Source: an uncultured Acidobacteriota bacterium
Lineage (GTDB): Bacteria; Acidobacteriota; Thermoanaerobaculia; Multivoradales; JAHEKO01
Direction of reading: 5' to 3'
Length of the DNA: 64,000 bases
NCBI GenBank assembly: GCA_963713825.1
Contig: CAVQNG010000025.1
Span: forward strand, 672,001 to 736,000
Positions within the stretch are counted from its first letter, which is position 1; the number at the start of each line of letters is the position of its first letter. Positions 38,301 through 47,015 of this stretch are shown here, one piece after another. Made by a program: the position numbers and the translations under genes. The notes under the pieces were generated by a model that was given only the letters and a program-made list of their open reading frames with translations, had not been told where the DNA came from and did no database searches.

Positions 38301-38603
38301 ACCGAGGCCCTGGTCAGTGCGGGCAGCGATCGACTCAGGCCGATCCTCATGACCTCGGCGACGACCATTCTCGGACTCCTGCCGATGGCGTTGGGTCTTG
38401 GCGAGGGGGCCGAGCTGAGAGCTCCCCTGGCAATCACCGTTATCGGTGGCCTCAGTGTCGCCACGGTGCTGACGCTGGTCGTCATCCCAGTGGTCTACTC
38501 CCTGGTCGATCGTCGGCCCGACACGGTAGCCGACGTCGAGCTGGCCGCAGACTCGGAGGCTATTGATGGCTTGGTCGTGCAGCCTGTCGGAGAAACGAGC
38601 TGA
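35352..38603 (+). CDS. RND efflux transporter permease subunit
   Basis: 1083 aa; GMLVDNAIVVLE, GIVVNNAIVLVD, RLRPILMT. Confidence 0.95.
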   Translation: MRLVDFSLHRRVTVSMVAVALVLFGLVAFGRLSINLLPDLSYPSLTVETKLSGAAPAEMESLVSRPIEESVGIVSGVKRLTSVSRPGLSQVTMEFEWGRNMDFASLDVRQKLDVVRLPRDVTKPVVLRFDPTNDPILRLYLQGSDDLFQLRYVAEEVLKKDLESTEGVAAIKVNGGYEEEIQVRVDEGKLALLGLSIQDVNETLLKENVNQAGGSLYEEEARYLVRSNNEFVDLEDIMETVLLAQDGRVVRVADVGEVTRGHKQREVITRFDGQEAVELAIYKEGDANTVQVAKAVEGRLESISKELPEGIEVVTGLDQSEFIQASIREVLSNAFLGGGIAILVLLFFLKDARSTLIIGVSIPISVVATFFLMYRTGTSLNIMSLGGLALGVGMLVDNAIVVLESIFKHREAGASAFEAARAGASEVGRAVAASTLTTVAVFLPVVFLQGIAAQLFRDMALTVSFALIASLAVALTLIPMMSALAGGSPAESVGVVAAAQPEGKLRRFFRLVFLGLPSLLVRGIRFVLRWVGKGLALLALPLSKAFDKTLGAIAAAYPHILRGALRTRLVVLAIVLVAFAGSIWMIPRLGFDLVPTLSQGEFSFLVELPEGTPLEITDRFINDVELVLDGNDLVASHSSMAGGRGLSLTNTGTEGENAGRIQVRMADGTTPEQESSVISELRDELEISGLARFKFERPTFFSFRTPIEVEVYSDNLAELHLATAELKERIDQIPGLVDVKSSAELGNPELQIAFDRNQLSQLGLNLGDVADTLRKKVQGDVATRFTEGDREIDIVVRSVDLGQASVGDVNNFIIAQRDNVPIYLKSVAKVNLVEGPSEIRRIGQKRTGVISGNLAGRDMGAVAADVRAVLAETPLPAGVTAALSGQEEERTEAVRSLMMAMALAVFLVYLVMASQFESFLHPFIIIFTLPLGAIGVIGALAITGRSINIVAMIGAVMLAGIVVNNAIVLVDAVNQRRRSGMGRTEALVSAGSDRLRPILMTSATTILGLLPMALGLGEGAELRAPLAITVIGGLSVATVLTLVVIPVVYSLVDRRPDTVADVELAADSEAIDGLVVQPVGETS

Positions 38604-41600
38604 TGAAGTTCTCGCACCTGGCGGTCAACCGACCGATTACAACAGCGATGTTGCTGATCAGTGTTCTGGTGATCGGCGGTATCGCCATCGCGCGCATGCC
38701 GCTGGCGTATCTTCCCGAGGTCGACGTTCCCTTCATCGGTGTACAGATCCCCTACCCGAACTCCAATCCCAAAGAGATCGAGAAGGAGATCGTCAAGCCG
38801 GTCGAGGAAGTTCTGTCGACGCTGTCGGGAGTCAAGACACTCAATGGCACGGCCAGCGCCGACCAGGCCGAGTTCTTCCTGGAATTCGACTGGGGCAACG
38901 AGTTGGACATCGTTCGCATGCAGGTCAGCGAGAAGATGGACCAGATCAAGCCGGAGCTGCCCCAAGACATCGGCGACGTCGTCATCTTCTCCTTCAATAC
39001 CAGCGACATCCCGGTTGTGCAGGCGCGACTCTCGGCGCAAGGCGTCGACCTGTCAGAGAACTACGAGCTCATCGAAGCCCGCATCCTGAACCGCATTCGG
39101 CGGGTGCCGGGTGTGGCCAGGGTGACGCTGGAGGGGGTCGAGCCGCGAGAGATCTTCATCGATCTGATCCTCGACAGAGTCAAGGAGCACAACGTCGATG
39201 TCGGTGCTCTGATCGACCAACTGCGAGGCGCTTCGTCCAACCTGGTCCTGGGGCAGATCGAGGATGGTGGACTGCGATTCAATGCCAGGGCTCTCGGTGA
39301 GTTCACCTCGGTGGAGGAGCTCAGCAATCTGATCATCAACGATCAGGGCTTGAGAGTCAGCGACATTGCCGAGATCAGCTACGAAGAGCCGCCCTATCCG
39401 CATGGGCGTCATCTCGATCGACAGTTCGCGGTGGCCTTGGAGGTCTATAAGGAGTCCACCGGCAATACGGTCGATGTCGTGCGCAGTGTGATGGCAGTGA
39501 TCCAGAACGACATCAACAACGATCCGTTGCTGCAAGGGGTCACACTCTTCGTCTTCGAGGACCAGGAAGAGGAGATCTCCGGTGGCCTCCAGGGTCTCCT
39601 GAAAGCAGGGAACATCGGTGCCCTGTTGGCGATGTTCAGTCTCTACTTCTTCCTGCGGCGCTTCGACTCGACACTCATCGTCTCCATGTCCATCCCGTTT
39701 TCGATCATTGCTGCCTGCGGCCTGATGTACTTCATGGGCAAGAGCCTCAACGTCCTGTCGATGATGGGGCTCATGTTGGCGGTCGGTATGCTGGTGGACA
39801 ACGCCGTCGTGGTCCTGGAATCCATCGACCGGATCCACCGATCCGAACCGGACCGCAAGAAGGCGGCCAAGATCGGGGCCGACCAGGTGGCCATCGCTGT
39901 CTCGGCCTCGACCCTCACCACGCTCATCGTCTTCTTGCCCCTGATCGTCGGCGCCAAGGTGCAACTCACCACTTGGCTGGGAGAGATTGGAATTGCCATT
40001 GCCATTGCTTTGGCCTGCTCCCTGTTTTCGTCGTTGACCCTGATTCCACTCATGTCGGCCCATTTTCTCGGCCGCAAGAAGCCGCAGCCGGTCAAATCCG
40101 TCACCTGGCTCGAAGATCGGTACGTCTCCCTGCTGGGTTGGACCTTGCATCACAAGGTCAAGACTCTCGGGTTGCTGCTTCTCGTGCTCGGTATCGGCCT
40201 GGTGCCGTTCTTTACAGGCATGGTCGAGTCGGCAATCTTTTCTGGTGCGGTCAACACAAGACTCTTCCTGCAGTACGAGTTTGCTGACTTCACCTACAAG
40301 TTGGATGCCGAGAGGGTCGTGGACCAGGTAGAGGAGGTCCTCGATGAGCACCGCGAGGAGTTCCTCATCGAATCCATCTACAGCTACTTCGCCGAGAATC
40401 GAGCTGAAACCTCACTCGTCCTGAATCGTCAGGACCTCGATGATGACGCTATCAAGGAGTTGCGCCAGAAGGTCAGGGAGGCATTGCCTGAGATTGCTGG
40501 AGTCAAGCTCTACTTCGACGACGAGGAGGACGAGGGAGGCAGCACGACCTACTTTGCGGTCAAGCTCTTCGGTCAGGACACGGATGTGCTCGAGAGCTTC
40601 GCTACCGAGGCGGCCAGGCGTGTGGAGACGCTCGAAGGCGTGCAGGATATTCGGACCTCGTTCCGCGACTCGCAGCGCGAGATCCAGGTCAAGATCGATC
40701 GCGACAAGGCCCAGCGTCTCGGGTTGACGGCCCAGGACCTGGCCGACATCTTCTCGTTCAGCCTCGGCTCGATGCGGCTGCCGCGCTTCAATGCCGGCGA
40801 GCGCGAGGTCGATACCTGGTTGGCACTGCGATTGGAAGACCGTCAGAACCTGGAGGACTTGAGGCAGATCCAGATCGGTGGCGGCAACGGCCAGAGTCCC
40901 TTCGTACTGGGCGATATCGCAAGTTTCGAGGTCGTCCCGCGACCCAAGGAGATCGTGCGCGAGAACCGCAAGGTCAGGGTCGCAGTGCGCGGCACCTACG
41001 AAGGAGAGGACTGGGAGGAGACCCAGGAAGAGATGGCCGGTTTGATGGATGCCTTCGACTTGCCACCCGGCTATTCCTGGTCATGGGGCGACCGCATCAT
41101 CGAGCAGCAGGATCAGAACTCACAGATGGGAATCAACTTCCTGTTGGCGTTGGTGCTGGTCTATCTGGTCATGGCGTCGCTGTTCGAGTCCCTGGCGCAG
41201 CCGTTCGCCATCTTGTTCTCGATCCCGTTCGCTCTACCTGGTGTGGCCTGGATGCTGGCTCTGACCGGCACCACTTTCAATCTCATGGGGCAGATCGGCT
41301 TGCTGATCCTGATGGGAATCGTCGTCAACAACGGCATCGTCCTGTTGGATCACATCAACCGGCTTCGACGTACGGGTCTCGAGAGGGACCAGGCAATTCT
41401 GCAAGCGGGTCGCGACCGTCTGCGTCCGATCCTGATGACTGCGGCAACGACGATCATCGGCCTGCTGCCCCTGGCTCTCCGCGGCCCGAATACGGCCGGC
41501 ATCTTCTACTACCCGCTGGCCAGGACCGTCATGGGAGGACTGATGTCTTCGGCGGTGCTGACCCTCGTGGTGCTGCCCTACGTCATGATCGGAGTCGAAG

Positions 41601-41716
41601 GCGTTGCCCATTGGGCGAAGCGGGTGTGGAGAGGTTCCGGAATGCGGCGGCTTGCGGCGACCTCGGACGGTGATGGACCTGCCACCGAGCCAGCGGTTGT
41701 GCTACCGGGGAACTAG
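38603..41716 (+). CDS. Second RND efflux transporter permease subunit
   Basis: 1037 aa; GMLVDNAVVVLE, GIVVNNGIVLLD, RLRPILMT; TGATG overlap with the first subunit. Confidence 0.95.
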   Translation: MKFSHLAVNRPITTAMLLISVLVIGGIAIARMPLAYLPEVDVPFIGVQIPYPNSNPKEIEKEIVKPVEEVLSTLSGVKTLNGTASADQAEFFLEFDWGNELDIVRMQVSEKMDQIKPELPQDIGDVVIFSFNTSDIPVVQARLSAQGVDLSENYELIEARILNRIRRVPGVARVTLEGVEPREIFIDLILDRVKEHNVDVGALIDQLRGASSNLVLGQIEDGGLRFNARALGEFTSVEELSNLIINDQGLRVSDIAEISYEEPPYPHGRHLDRQFAVALEVYKESTGNTVDVVRSVMAVIQNDINNDPLLQGVTLFVFEDQEEEISGGLQGLLKAGNIGALLAMFSLYFFLRRFDSTLIVSMSIPFSIIAACGLMYFMGKSLNVLSMMGLMLAVGMLVDNAVVVLESIDRIHRSEPDRKKAAKIGADQVAIAVSASTLTTLIVFLPLIVGAKVQLTTWLGEIGIAIAIALACSLFSSLTLIPLMSAHFLGRKKPQPVKSVTWLEDRYVSLLGWTLHHKVKTLGLLLLVLGIGLVPFFTGMVESAIFSGAVNTRLFLQYEFADFTYKLDAERVVDQVEEVLDEHREEFLIESIYSYFAENRAETSLVLNRQDLDDDAIKELRQKVREALPEIAGVKLYFDDEEDEGGSTTYFAVKLFGQDTDVLESFATEAARRVETLEGVQDIRTSFRDSQREIQVKIDRDKAQRLGLTAQDLADIFSFSLGSMRLPRFNAGEREVDTWLALRLEDRQNLEDLRQIQIGGGNGQSPFVLGDIASFEVVPRPKEIVRENRKVRVAVRGTYEGEDWEETQEEMAGLMDAFDLPPGYSWSWGDRIIEQQDQNSQMGINFLLALVLVYLVMASLFESLAQPFAILFSIPFALPGVAWMLALTGTTFNLMGQIGLLILMGIVVNNGIVLLDHINRLRRTGLERDQAILQAGRDRLRPILMTAATTIIGLLPLALRGPNTAGIFYYPLARTVMGGLMSSAVLTLVVLPYVMIGVEGVAHWAKRVWRGSGMRRLAATSDGDGPATEPAVVLPGN

Positions 41717-41735
41717 ACGAGAGCTCTTCTATTTC

Positions 41736-41840
41736 GGTCGATCGATGAAAGATCTGGCTGCCGGGCCGCGGACGGTCATCCCCTTTCCCTGGTTCGAGAC
41801 CTGCCTATTGTCCTGGCGCCAGATCTTTCATCGATCGACC
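41736..41840. repeat. Perfect 23-bp inverted repeat around a 59-nt spacer
   Basis: GGTCGATCGATGAAAGATCTGGC (41736-41758) and GCCAGATCTTTCATCGATCGACC (41818-41840). Confidence 0.9.
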
Positions 41841-41937
41841 CTCGTCTCTCGATCGCGGCTGACGTCACACCGCACGAGGTTTCTTCGCATGGCGGCCTGA
41901 CGCCGCCGCAACGGCGCGGGGATATACTACCGGCCAC

Positions 41938-44319
41938 ATGCCCGAGTCGTCGTCGCCTCCGGCTCCCCTGACGAGAGATCTGCTGCGGGAGCTGCACGCC
42001 TTCCTGAGCCTCGAAGCGCCATTTCTGATTCGCGATTTGCCGCAGGTCGCGACCGAAGAGCGGCTGGAAAAGGCCCTTCTGCAGCGCATCGGTGCGCGCT
42101 ATCGGACCGGTCCGGGATTCGCTGCTCATGAGCTCTACCCTGCGGTAACCCACCAAATGGCGGTAGCGGGGGGAAGAAGAGACCTGGAGACGTTGGTGCG
42201 GGGTTTCTTCGAGCGCCGGCGGATCAAGGCAACTCTTACAGCGCCCGAGCGCCGGTTGATGCTGCGCACGATGCTGCTGACGCGCGAGGTGGACGACTTC
42301 TTGAAGCGTGCCTTCGACAGAAGGGAGATTCGCTGGCAGTCCCACCCCTCCCCACAGAAGGGGTTTCGATCGACCGGCCAGGAGGCCATCGTCGGCGCTG
42401 CTCTACGTCTGCGGCGCTATCCGGAGTACGGCCAGGGAGAGACCTACCGGGGCGACTACATCAGTCCGCTGATTCGCGATCTGGGTGCCCTGCTCATGTT
42501 TCTGCCCGATCCGCTGCATCCCCTTCTGGTGCAGTACGGCAAGACCGGTACACCCGTCGATGGACGGGATATTCATCTCGGGGACTTCGACCGCGGAGTC
42601 TTGCCACCGGCGGCGCCATTGGCGACCGCCACCCAGACTCTCGTAGGAATGGCCTATGCCTTCAAGTCACGCCAGGAGGATCGCGTTTGTGTGAGCTTCA
42701 TCGGCGATGGCGGCTCGAGCCTGGGCGAGTGGCACGAAGCGGTGAACCTGGCGGCCACCCAGCGCCTGAACATGGTCTTCGTGGTCGAGAACAATCAGTG
42801 GGCGCTGGGCACTCACGTCTCGGAGCAGACAGTGGCGCGCCGCTTCGCCGCCAAGGCTGCGGGCTATGGAATCCCCGGTGTGACGTTGTTTGGCAATGAT
42901 CCCGACGAAGTGGCAGCTGGCTTGACCTGGGCAGCCGAGCGGGCCCGATTGGGACGAGGGCCGGCGCTGATCGAGTTGATCACCTACCGTCAGGCCGGCC
43001 ATGCACACCACGACGACGATCGATTCCACGGTAGCTCGGAGGCCAAGATCGCTGGCTACGAATTTGCGGAAGAAGCCGCAGCCTGGAAAGCCGCGGATCC
43101 GATCGCTCTCTACTCCCGACGATTGAAGAAGCTGGGTCTGATGACAGATCGAGACCTGGCTGCCATGAAGCGGCAGGTTCGCGAGGAGGTCTCGGCGGCG
43201 GCTGGAGCGGCCGCCAGAGCCGAATGGCCGGAGCCGGCCGTCTATCGAGATCGGGTCTTCGCACCGAGCGTTGCCAGTTCTTCGTCAATCTCGAAAGAGC
43301 CCCAGACCAAGACAATGTCCTACGACGAAGCGGTGCGCCAGGCCATGACCGAGTTGATGGACGACGATGAAGGGGTCTTCGTTCTGGGCGAGGATGTGGG
43401 CGGGCGCTATGGGGGTGCTTTCGGAGTCACGCGGGGCCTTGCGAAGCGTTTCGGGCAGAGCCGATGTTTGAATACCCCGCTTGCCGAGTCGGCCATCGTG
43501 GGCTGCGGGGTGGGGGCTGCGCTACTGGGCATGCGGCCGATCGTGGAGATCCAGTTTGCCGACTTCCTGGCGCCGGCGTTCAACGCGCTGGTGAACAACG
43601 CGGCGAAGATCCACTGGCGTTGGGGCCGTCCTGTGCCGATGGTGGTGCGACTGCCTTACGGCGGAGCGACCGGCAACCAGTCGAAGCTGCTGGGCGGTGG
43701 GCCGTATCACAGTCAATGTCCGGAGATGTGGTTCGTCAGCACCCCAGGTTGGAAGATCGTGGCGCCCTCCAACCCGGCAGACGCCAAGGGTCTGATGATC
43801 TCTGCAGTTCGAGACCAGAACCCGGTGATCTTCTTGGAGGCCAAGGGCCTCTATGGCTTCTTTCGTACGGACCTGCGTCAAGAGGTGCCGTTGGGGGTCG
43901 AGCACGCCATCCCACTCGGCGAAGCCGCGATCGCGCGTCAGGGGACGGATCTTTCGATTGTCACCTACGGCGCCATGGTCTGGACTGCCCTCGAGGCCGC
44001 CGATGCCTTGGCAGCGGCAGGCGTCGATGCAGAAGTCGTGGATCTGCGGAGCCTGGTGCCGCTCGACGAGAAGACGCTGTTCGAGTCGGTGGAGAAGACC
44101 AATCGGGTCCTGATTCTGCACGAGGATACGCGTCGTGGCGGGCTCGCCGGCGAGTTGGCGGCGCTGATCAGCGATGAGCGCTTCTACTTCCTGGATGCGC
44201 CAATTCGGCGAGTCACGGCGCCGGATACGCCTGTGCCGTACGCACCGCCGCTGGAGCTGGACTACCTACCCAAGGCTGAACAGGTTGTCGAGGCGGCGCT
44301 CCAACTTCTGGAGGAGTAG
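41938..44319 (+). CDS. Fused 2-oxoacid dehydrogenase E1 alpha/beta (TPP-dependent) with N-terminal extension
   Basis: GQEA, GDGG...ENN TPP motif, GEDV, NTPLAE, EIQFADF, GPYHSQ, DLRSL.PLD. Confidence 0.92.
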   Translation: MPESSSPPAPLTRDLLRELHAFLSLEAPFLIRDLPQVATEERLEKALLQRIGARYRTGPGFAAHELYPAVTHQMAVAGGRRDLETLVRGFFERRRIKATLTAPERRLMLRTMLLTREVDDFLKRAFDRREIRWQSHPSPQKGFRSTGQEAIVGAALRLRRYPEYGQGETYRGDYISPLIRDLGALLMFLPDPLHPLLVQYGKTGTPVDGRDIHLGDFDRGVLPPAAPLATATQTLVGMAYAFKSRQEDRVCVSFIGDGGSSLGEWHEAVNLAATQRLNMVFVVENNQWALGTHVSEQTVARRFAAKAAGYGIPGVTLFGNDPDEVAAGLTWAAERARLGRGPALIELITYRQAGHAHHDDDRFHGSSEAKIAGYEFAEEAAAWKAADPIALYSRRLKKLGLMTDRDLAAMKRQVREEVSAAAGAAARAEWPEPAVYRDRVFAPSVASSSSISKEPQTKTMSYDEAVRQAMTELMDDDEGVFVLGEDVGGRYGGAFGVTRGLAKRFGQSRCLNTPLAESAIVGCGVGAALLGMRPIVEIQFADFLAPAFNALVNNAAKIHWRWGRPVPMVVRLPYGGATGNQSKLLGGGPYHSQCPEMWFVSTPGWKIVAPSNPADAKGLMISAVRDQNPVIFLEAKGLYGFFRTDLRQEVPLGVEHAIPLGEAAIARQGTDLSIVTYGAMVWTALEAADALAAAGVDAEVVDLRSLVPLDEKTLFESVEKTNRVLILHEDTRRGGLAGELAALISDERFYFLDAPIRRVTAPDTPVPYAPPLELDYLPKAEQVVEAALQLLEE

Positions 44320-44337
44320 CCTCGAGTCGCTCAGCGT

Positions 44338-45501
44338 CTACTCGTTCGATCCCGTCGCAACCGCTGGGTCCGCAGACGGAGCGATCGCACCGTCTCCACC
44401 CCAGAAGCTCCGTAGGGCCCGTCGGGCCTCGGGATCCTTCATCGAGAAGTCCCGATCCCAGGGGTCGGGACCGGGGATCCACTTCCACCAGAACATTCCC
44501 CGCACGAAGGGTTGCTCTTCGACTCGCTGCAAGGCGACCTCGATCAGCCTTTCTCTCAAACGCAGTGCCTCGGGGCTGGTCTCCATTCGAGGGCTCCACG
44601 GTTCACGCGCCGCTGCGTTGGATCGGCTGTAGCCGATCTCGGCGAAAAAGACAGGCTTGTTCCGATGGGCTGATGAGATCGACGCGAGCTGTCGCAGAGG
44701 CTCGTCCCAGCCCTGCCAGAGTGTCTCTCGACTGGGGTCGTCGTCGAGGCTCAACGGGAAGTAGGCGTGAACTCCGATCCAATCGAGGGCATCCCAGAAC
44801 GGCACCCGGTCGAGGCTGTCCCAGTTGGCGGCATAGGTCACCCTACCGTCATAGACCTCACGAACCGCGGCGATGATGCGGCGCCATTCCGTCTCGCGGT
44901 GTGTGGTCTTTTCGTATTCCACACCGACGGCGAAGATCTCGATGCCGCTCCTCTGGGCGAATCGCGCCTGGTCGACGATGAAGTGCTGGTAATCGTCGAA
45001 GAATCTCTGCCAGGCAGCCTCATCTGCGCCGAATTCGATATCGCCACGCCATTCGAAGCTGCCCCAGTAGGCCAGGTGGGGCTTCCAGAAGATCTGCATT
45101 CCAGCGGCGCGGGCGATCTCGACAGCCTTCTCGAGGTAGCCGACTTCCGCTGCAGGATGGCCAGAGACGGAGCCGTCGGGACGAACCCTCGCGTAAGGAT
45201 GAATTGCGATCCATCCGACGCCGAGCTCGTCCAATTGGCCGAGAGCATCAACCATCGAGGGCGAGCCCCAGATCTGCCCGGCGCGGGGGCACGACACGAC
45301 CATCCCCCTCATGAAGATCTCCTCCGTGAGGTCGGTGCTCGTCGAGATCTTGGCGCCCGCAGTTGGCTCGGCCATTGTTGGCGACGACAGGACCGCGAGG
45401 ATTGCCGCCAGCAGGATCGAACGCAGGCTGGAGGTCTTGAAGGGCCTCATCGAGAGAAGGTTCGTGGATGGAGGTCCGAAGGTTCGGCTTTCGGCCTTCA
45501 T
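44338..45501 (-). CDS. Glycoside hydrolase family 113-like secreted protein (start probably ATG 45450)
   Basis: KPH, WRGDI, GVE, TYAANWD, DWIGVHAYFPL, AEIGY, FWWKW. Confidence 0.8.
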   Translation of the reverse strand: MKAESRTFGPPSTNLLSMRPFKTSSLRSILLAAILAVLSSPTMAEPTAGAKISTSTDLTEEIFMRGMVVSCPRAGQIWGSPSMVDALGQLDELGVGWIAIHPYARVRPDGSVSGHPAAEVGYLEKAVEIARAAGMQIFWKPHLAYWGSFEWRGDIEFGADEAAWQRFFDDYQHFIVDQARFAQRSGIEIFAVGVEYEKTTHRETEWRRIIAAVREVYDGRVTYAANWDSLDRVPFWDALDWIGVHAYFPLSLDDDPSRETLWQGWDEPLRQLASISSAHRNKPVFFAEIGYSRSNAAAREPWSPRMETSPEALRLRERLIEVALQRVEEQPFVRGMFWWKWIPGPDPWDRDFSMKDPEARRALRSFWGGDGAIAPSADPAVATGSNE

Positions 45502-47015
45502 TTCAGGGCCTCGAGGGTCATTGGGTCTCGGGTCGGCAGGTGCCGGACGCGATGCTTGGTCGCCTTTTCGAGGTTGGACTGCCCCTCAGGCGCGCTCTGA
45601 GCGATGTCCTGCCAGCGGCCGACGACAAGAAAGAGGAGTCGATCTGGTTTCAGGAATGCTCTGGCAGCGTTCAAGACATCTTCGGCAGTCGTGGCTTCGA
45701 TACCCTTCAGGTAACGGTTCCAGTAGTCGTGGGGCCGGGACAGGAGCTCGTTCTCGGCTAGCTGTCCGGCGGTCTCCTCGGCGGTATCGAACGAAAGTCG
45801 CAGCTTGCCCAAGATCGTCTGTTTGGCGACCTCCAGCTCGGTTGGGTGCACCGGCTCCGTGCGGATTCGATGCAGCTCGTCGAGACTGAGCTCGACGGCT
45901 CGGGCCACCTGAGAGCCGCGAGTGCCGAAGAGAATCTGGAAATCACCGACCCACAACTCGCCCGGATCGATTCTCGCCGAGGCTCTGTAGACCAATCCCT
46001 CGGCCGTCCGCAGTCGCCCCGCGATGCGTGAGATTGCACCGGAACCACCGAGAATCTCACCGAGAACCTCGAGGGCAAACCGGTCGTCAGAATCCCAGCC
46101 TACTTCTCGAGGCAGCCTCGATCCCAGGGCGACTTTGGCCTGGGGTGTGTCGCTTTCGTAGTGATAAAGGCCCGGGATCGGCTCGAGGTCCGGGCCTGCA
46201 GGTGGCCAGGCGATCTCGCTGTTCCGAGCTGGGTCCGCTGCTTCCTCTGGCCACCGGGCGATTCCTTTCTCGAGTGCGGCGAGGAGCGAATCGACCTCGA
46301 AGTCGCCAGAAACGGCGAAGATGAAGTTCTCCGGCCGCCAGTAGGTGTGGTGAAAGCGGGCCATGGCTTCGCGATCGATGGCTGCGAGGGTGGCAGGCGT
46401 CAGCGGCGCCGTGGTGAAGTGCTGCCGACCGAAGACCAGCCATTGCCACTCTCTTTCGAGAATGTCGAGCGGGTCCTGATTCCGCCGGCTCATGCTCTCG
46501 AGTAGGTTGGTCTTGGCACTGGCGAGCCGATCCTCCTGGAATGCCGGTGAGGAAAGGACCTCGAAGAGCAGATCCAGCCCCTCGTCGAGAGCCCAGGTGG
46601 GGACGCTGAGGCTGGCGGCGCTGCGGGTAAACCCGGAAAACGTCTGGATGCGAGCTCCCAAGTCATCGACCTGGTTGTCGAATCGGTCGGCCGATCGGAG
46701 CCCCGTACCGCCCCTTCGCACCAGGGCGCCGGTCAAGGATGCGAGGCCAACCTGCTGAGGCGGCTCGAGAAACGAGCCGCCGCGCAGTGCTACCGTGACC
46801 TCGACGAGAGGCAGCGTGTGGTCCTCGGCCAGATAGACCACAGGGCCACCCGTGATCTCACGTCGGCGGCCGTCGACCTGTGGGAGCTGGATGTTCCGAG
46901 CACCGAAGCGCAGCTCGAAGGGGTTGGCCGGAATCGAAGACTCCTGCGCGGCAGACGCGAAGCTGCCGCCGACGAGCCACAGGACGCATGTGAGGCCCAC
47001 AGGGTTGAGTCTCAA
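45498..47015 (-). CDS. M16 peptidase family, non-catalytic subunit
   Basis: EDHTLPLV, GLASLTG....GGT, RL R..EGLVY; no HxxEH. Confidence 0.85.
   Translation of the reverse strand: MRLNPVGLTCVLWLVGGSFASAAQESSIPANPFELRFGARNIQLPQVDGRRREITGGPVVYLAEDHTLPLVEVTVALRGGSFLEPPQQVGLASLTGALVRRGGTGLRSADRFDNQVDDLGARIQTFSGFTRSAASLSVPTWALDEGLDLLFEVLSSPAFQEDRLASAKTNLLESMSRRNQDPLDILEREWQWLVFGRQHFTTAPLTPATLAAIDREAMARFHHTYWRPENFIFAVSGDFEVDSLLAALEKGIARWPEEAADPARNSEIAWPPAGPDLEPIPGLYHYESDTPQAKVALGSRLPREVGWDSDDRFALEVLGEILGGSGAISRIAGRLRTAEGLVYRASARIDPGELWVGDFQILFGTRGSQVARAVELSLDELHRIRTEPVHPTELEVAKQTILGKLRLSFDTAEETAGQLAENELLSRPHDYWNRYLKGIEATTAEDVLNAARAFLKPDRLLFLVVGRWQDIAQSAPEGQSNLEKATKHRVRHLPTRDPMTLEALK

Noticed and set aside
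41759-41817. tRNA- or SRP-like RNA inside the inverted repeat (GGTTCGAGACC)
   Set aside because: No 5-bp T-stem or cloverleaf, and the SRP AGCAG internal-loop motif is absent on both strands.
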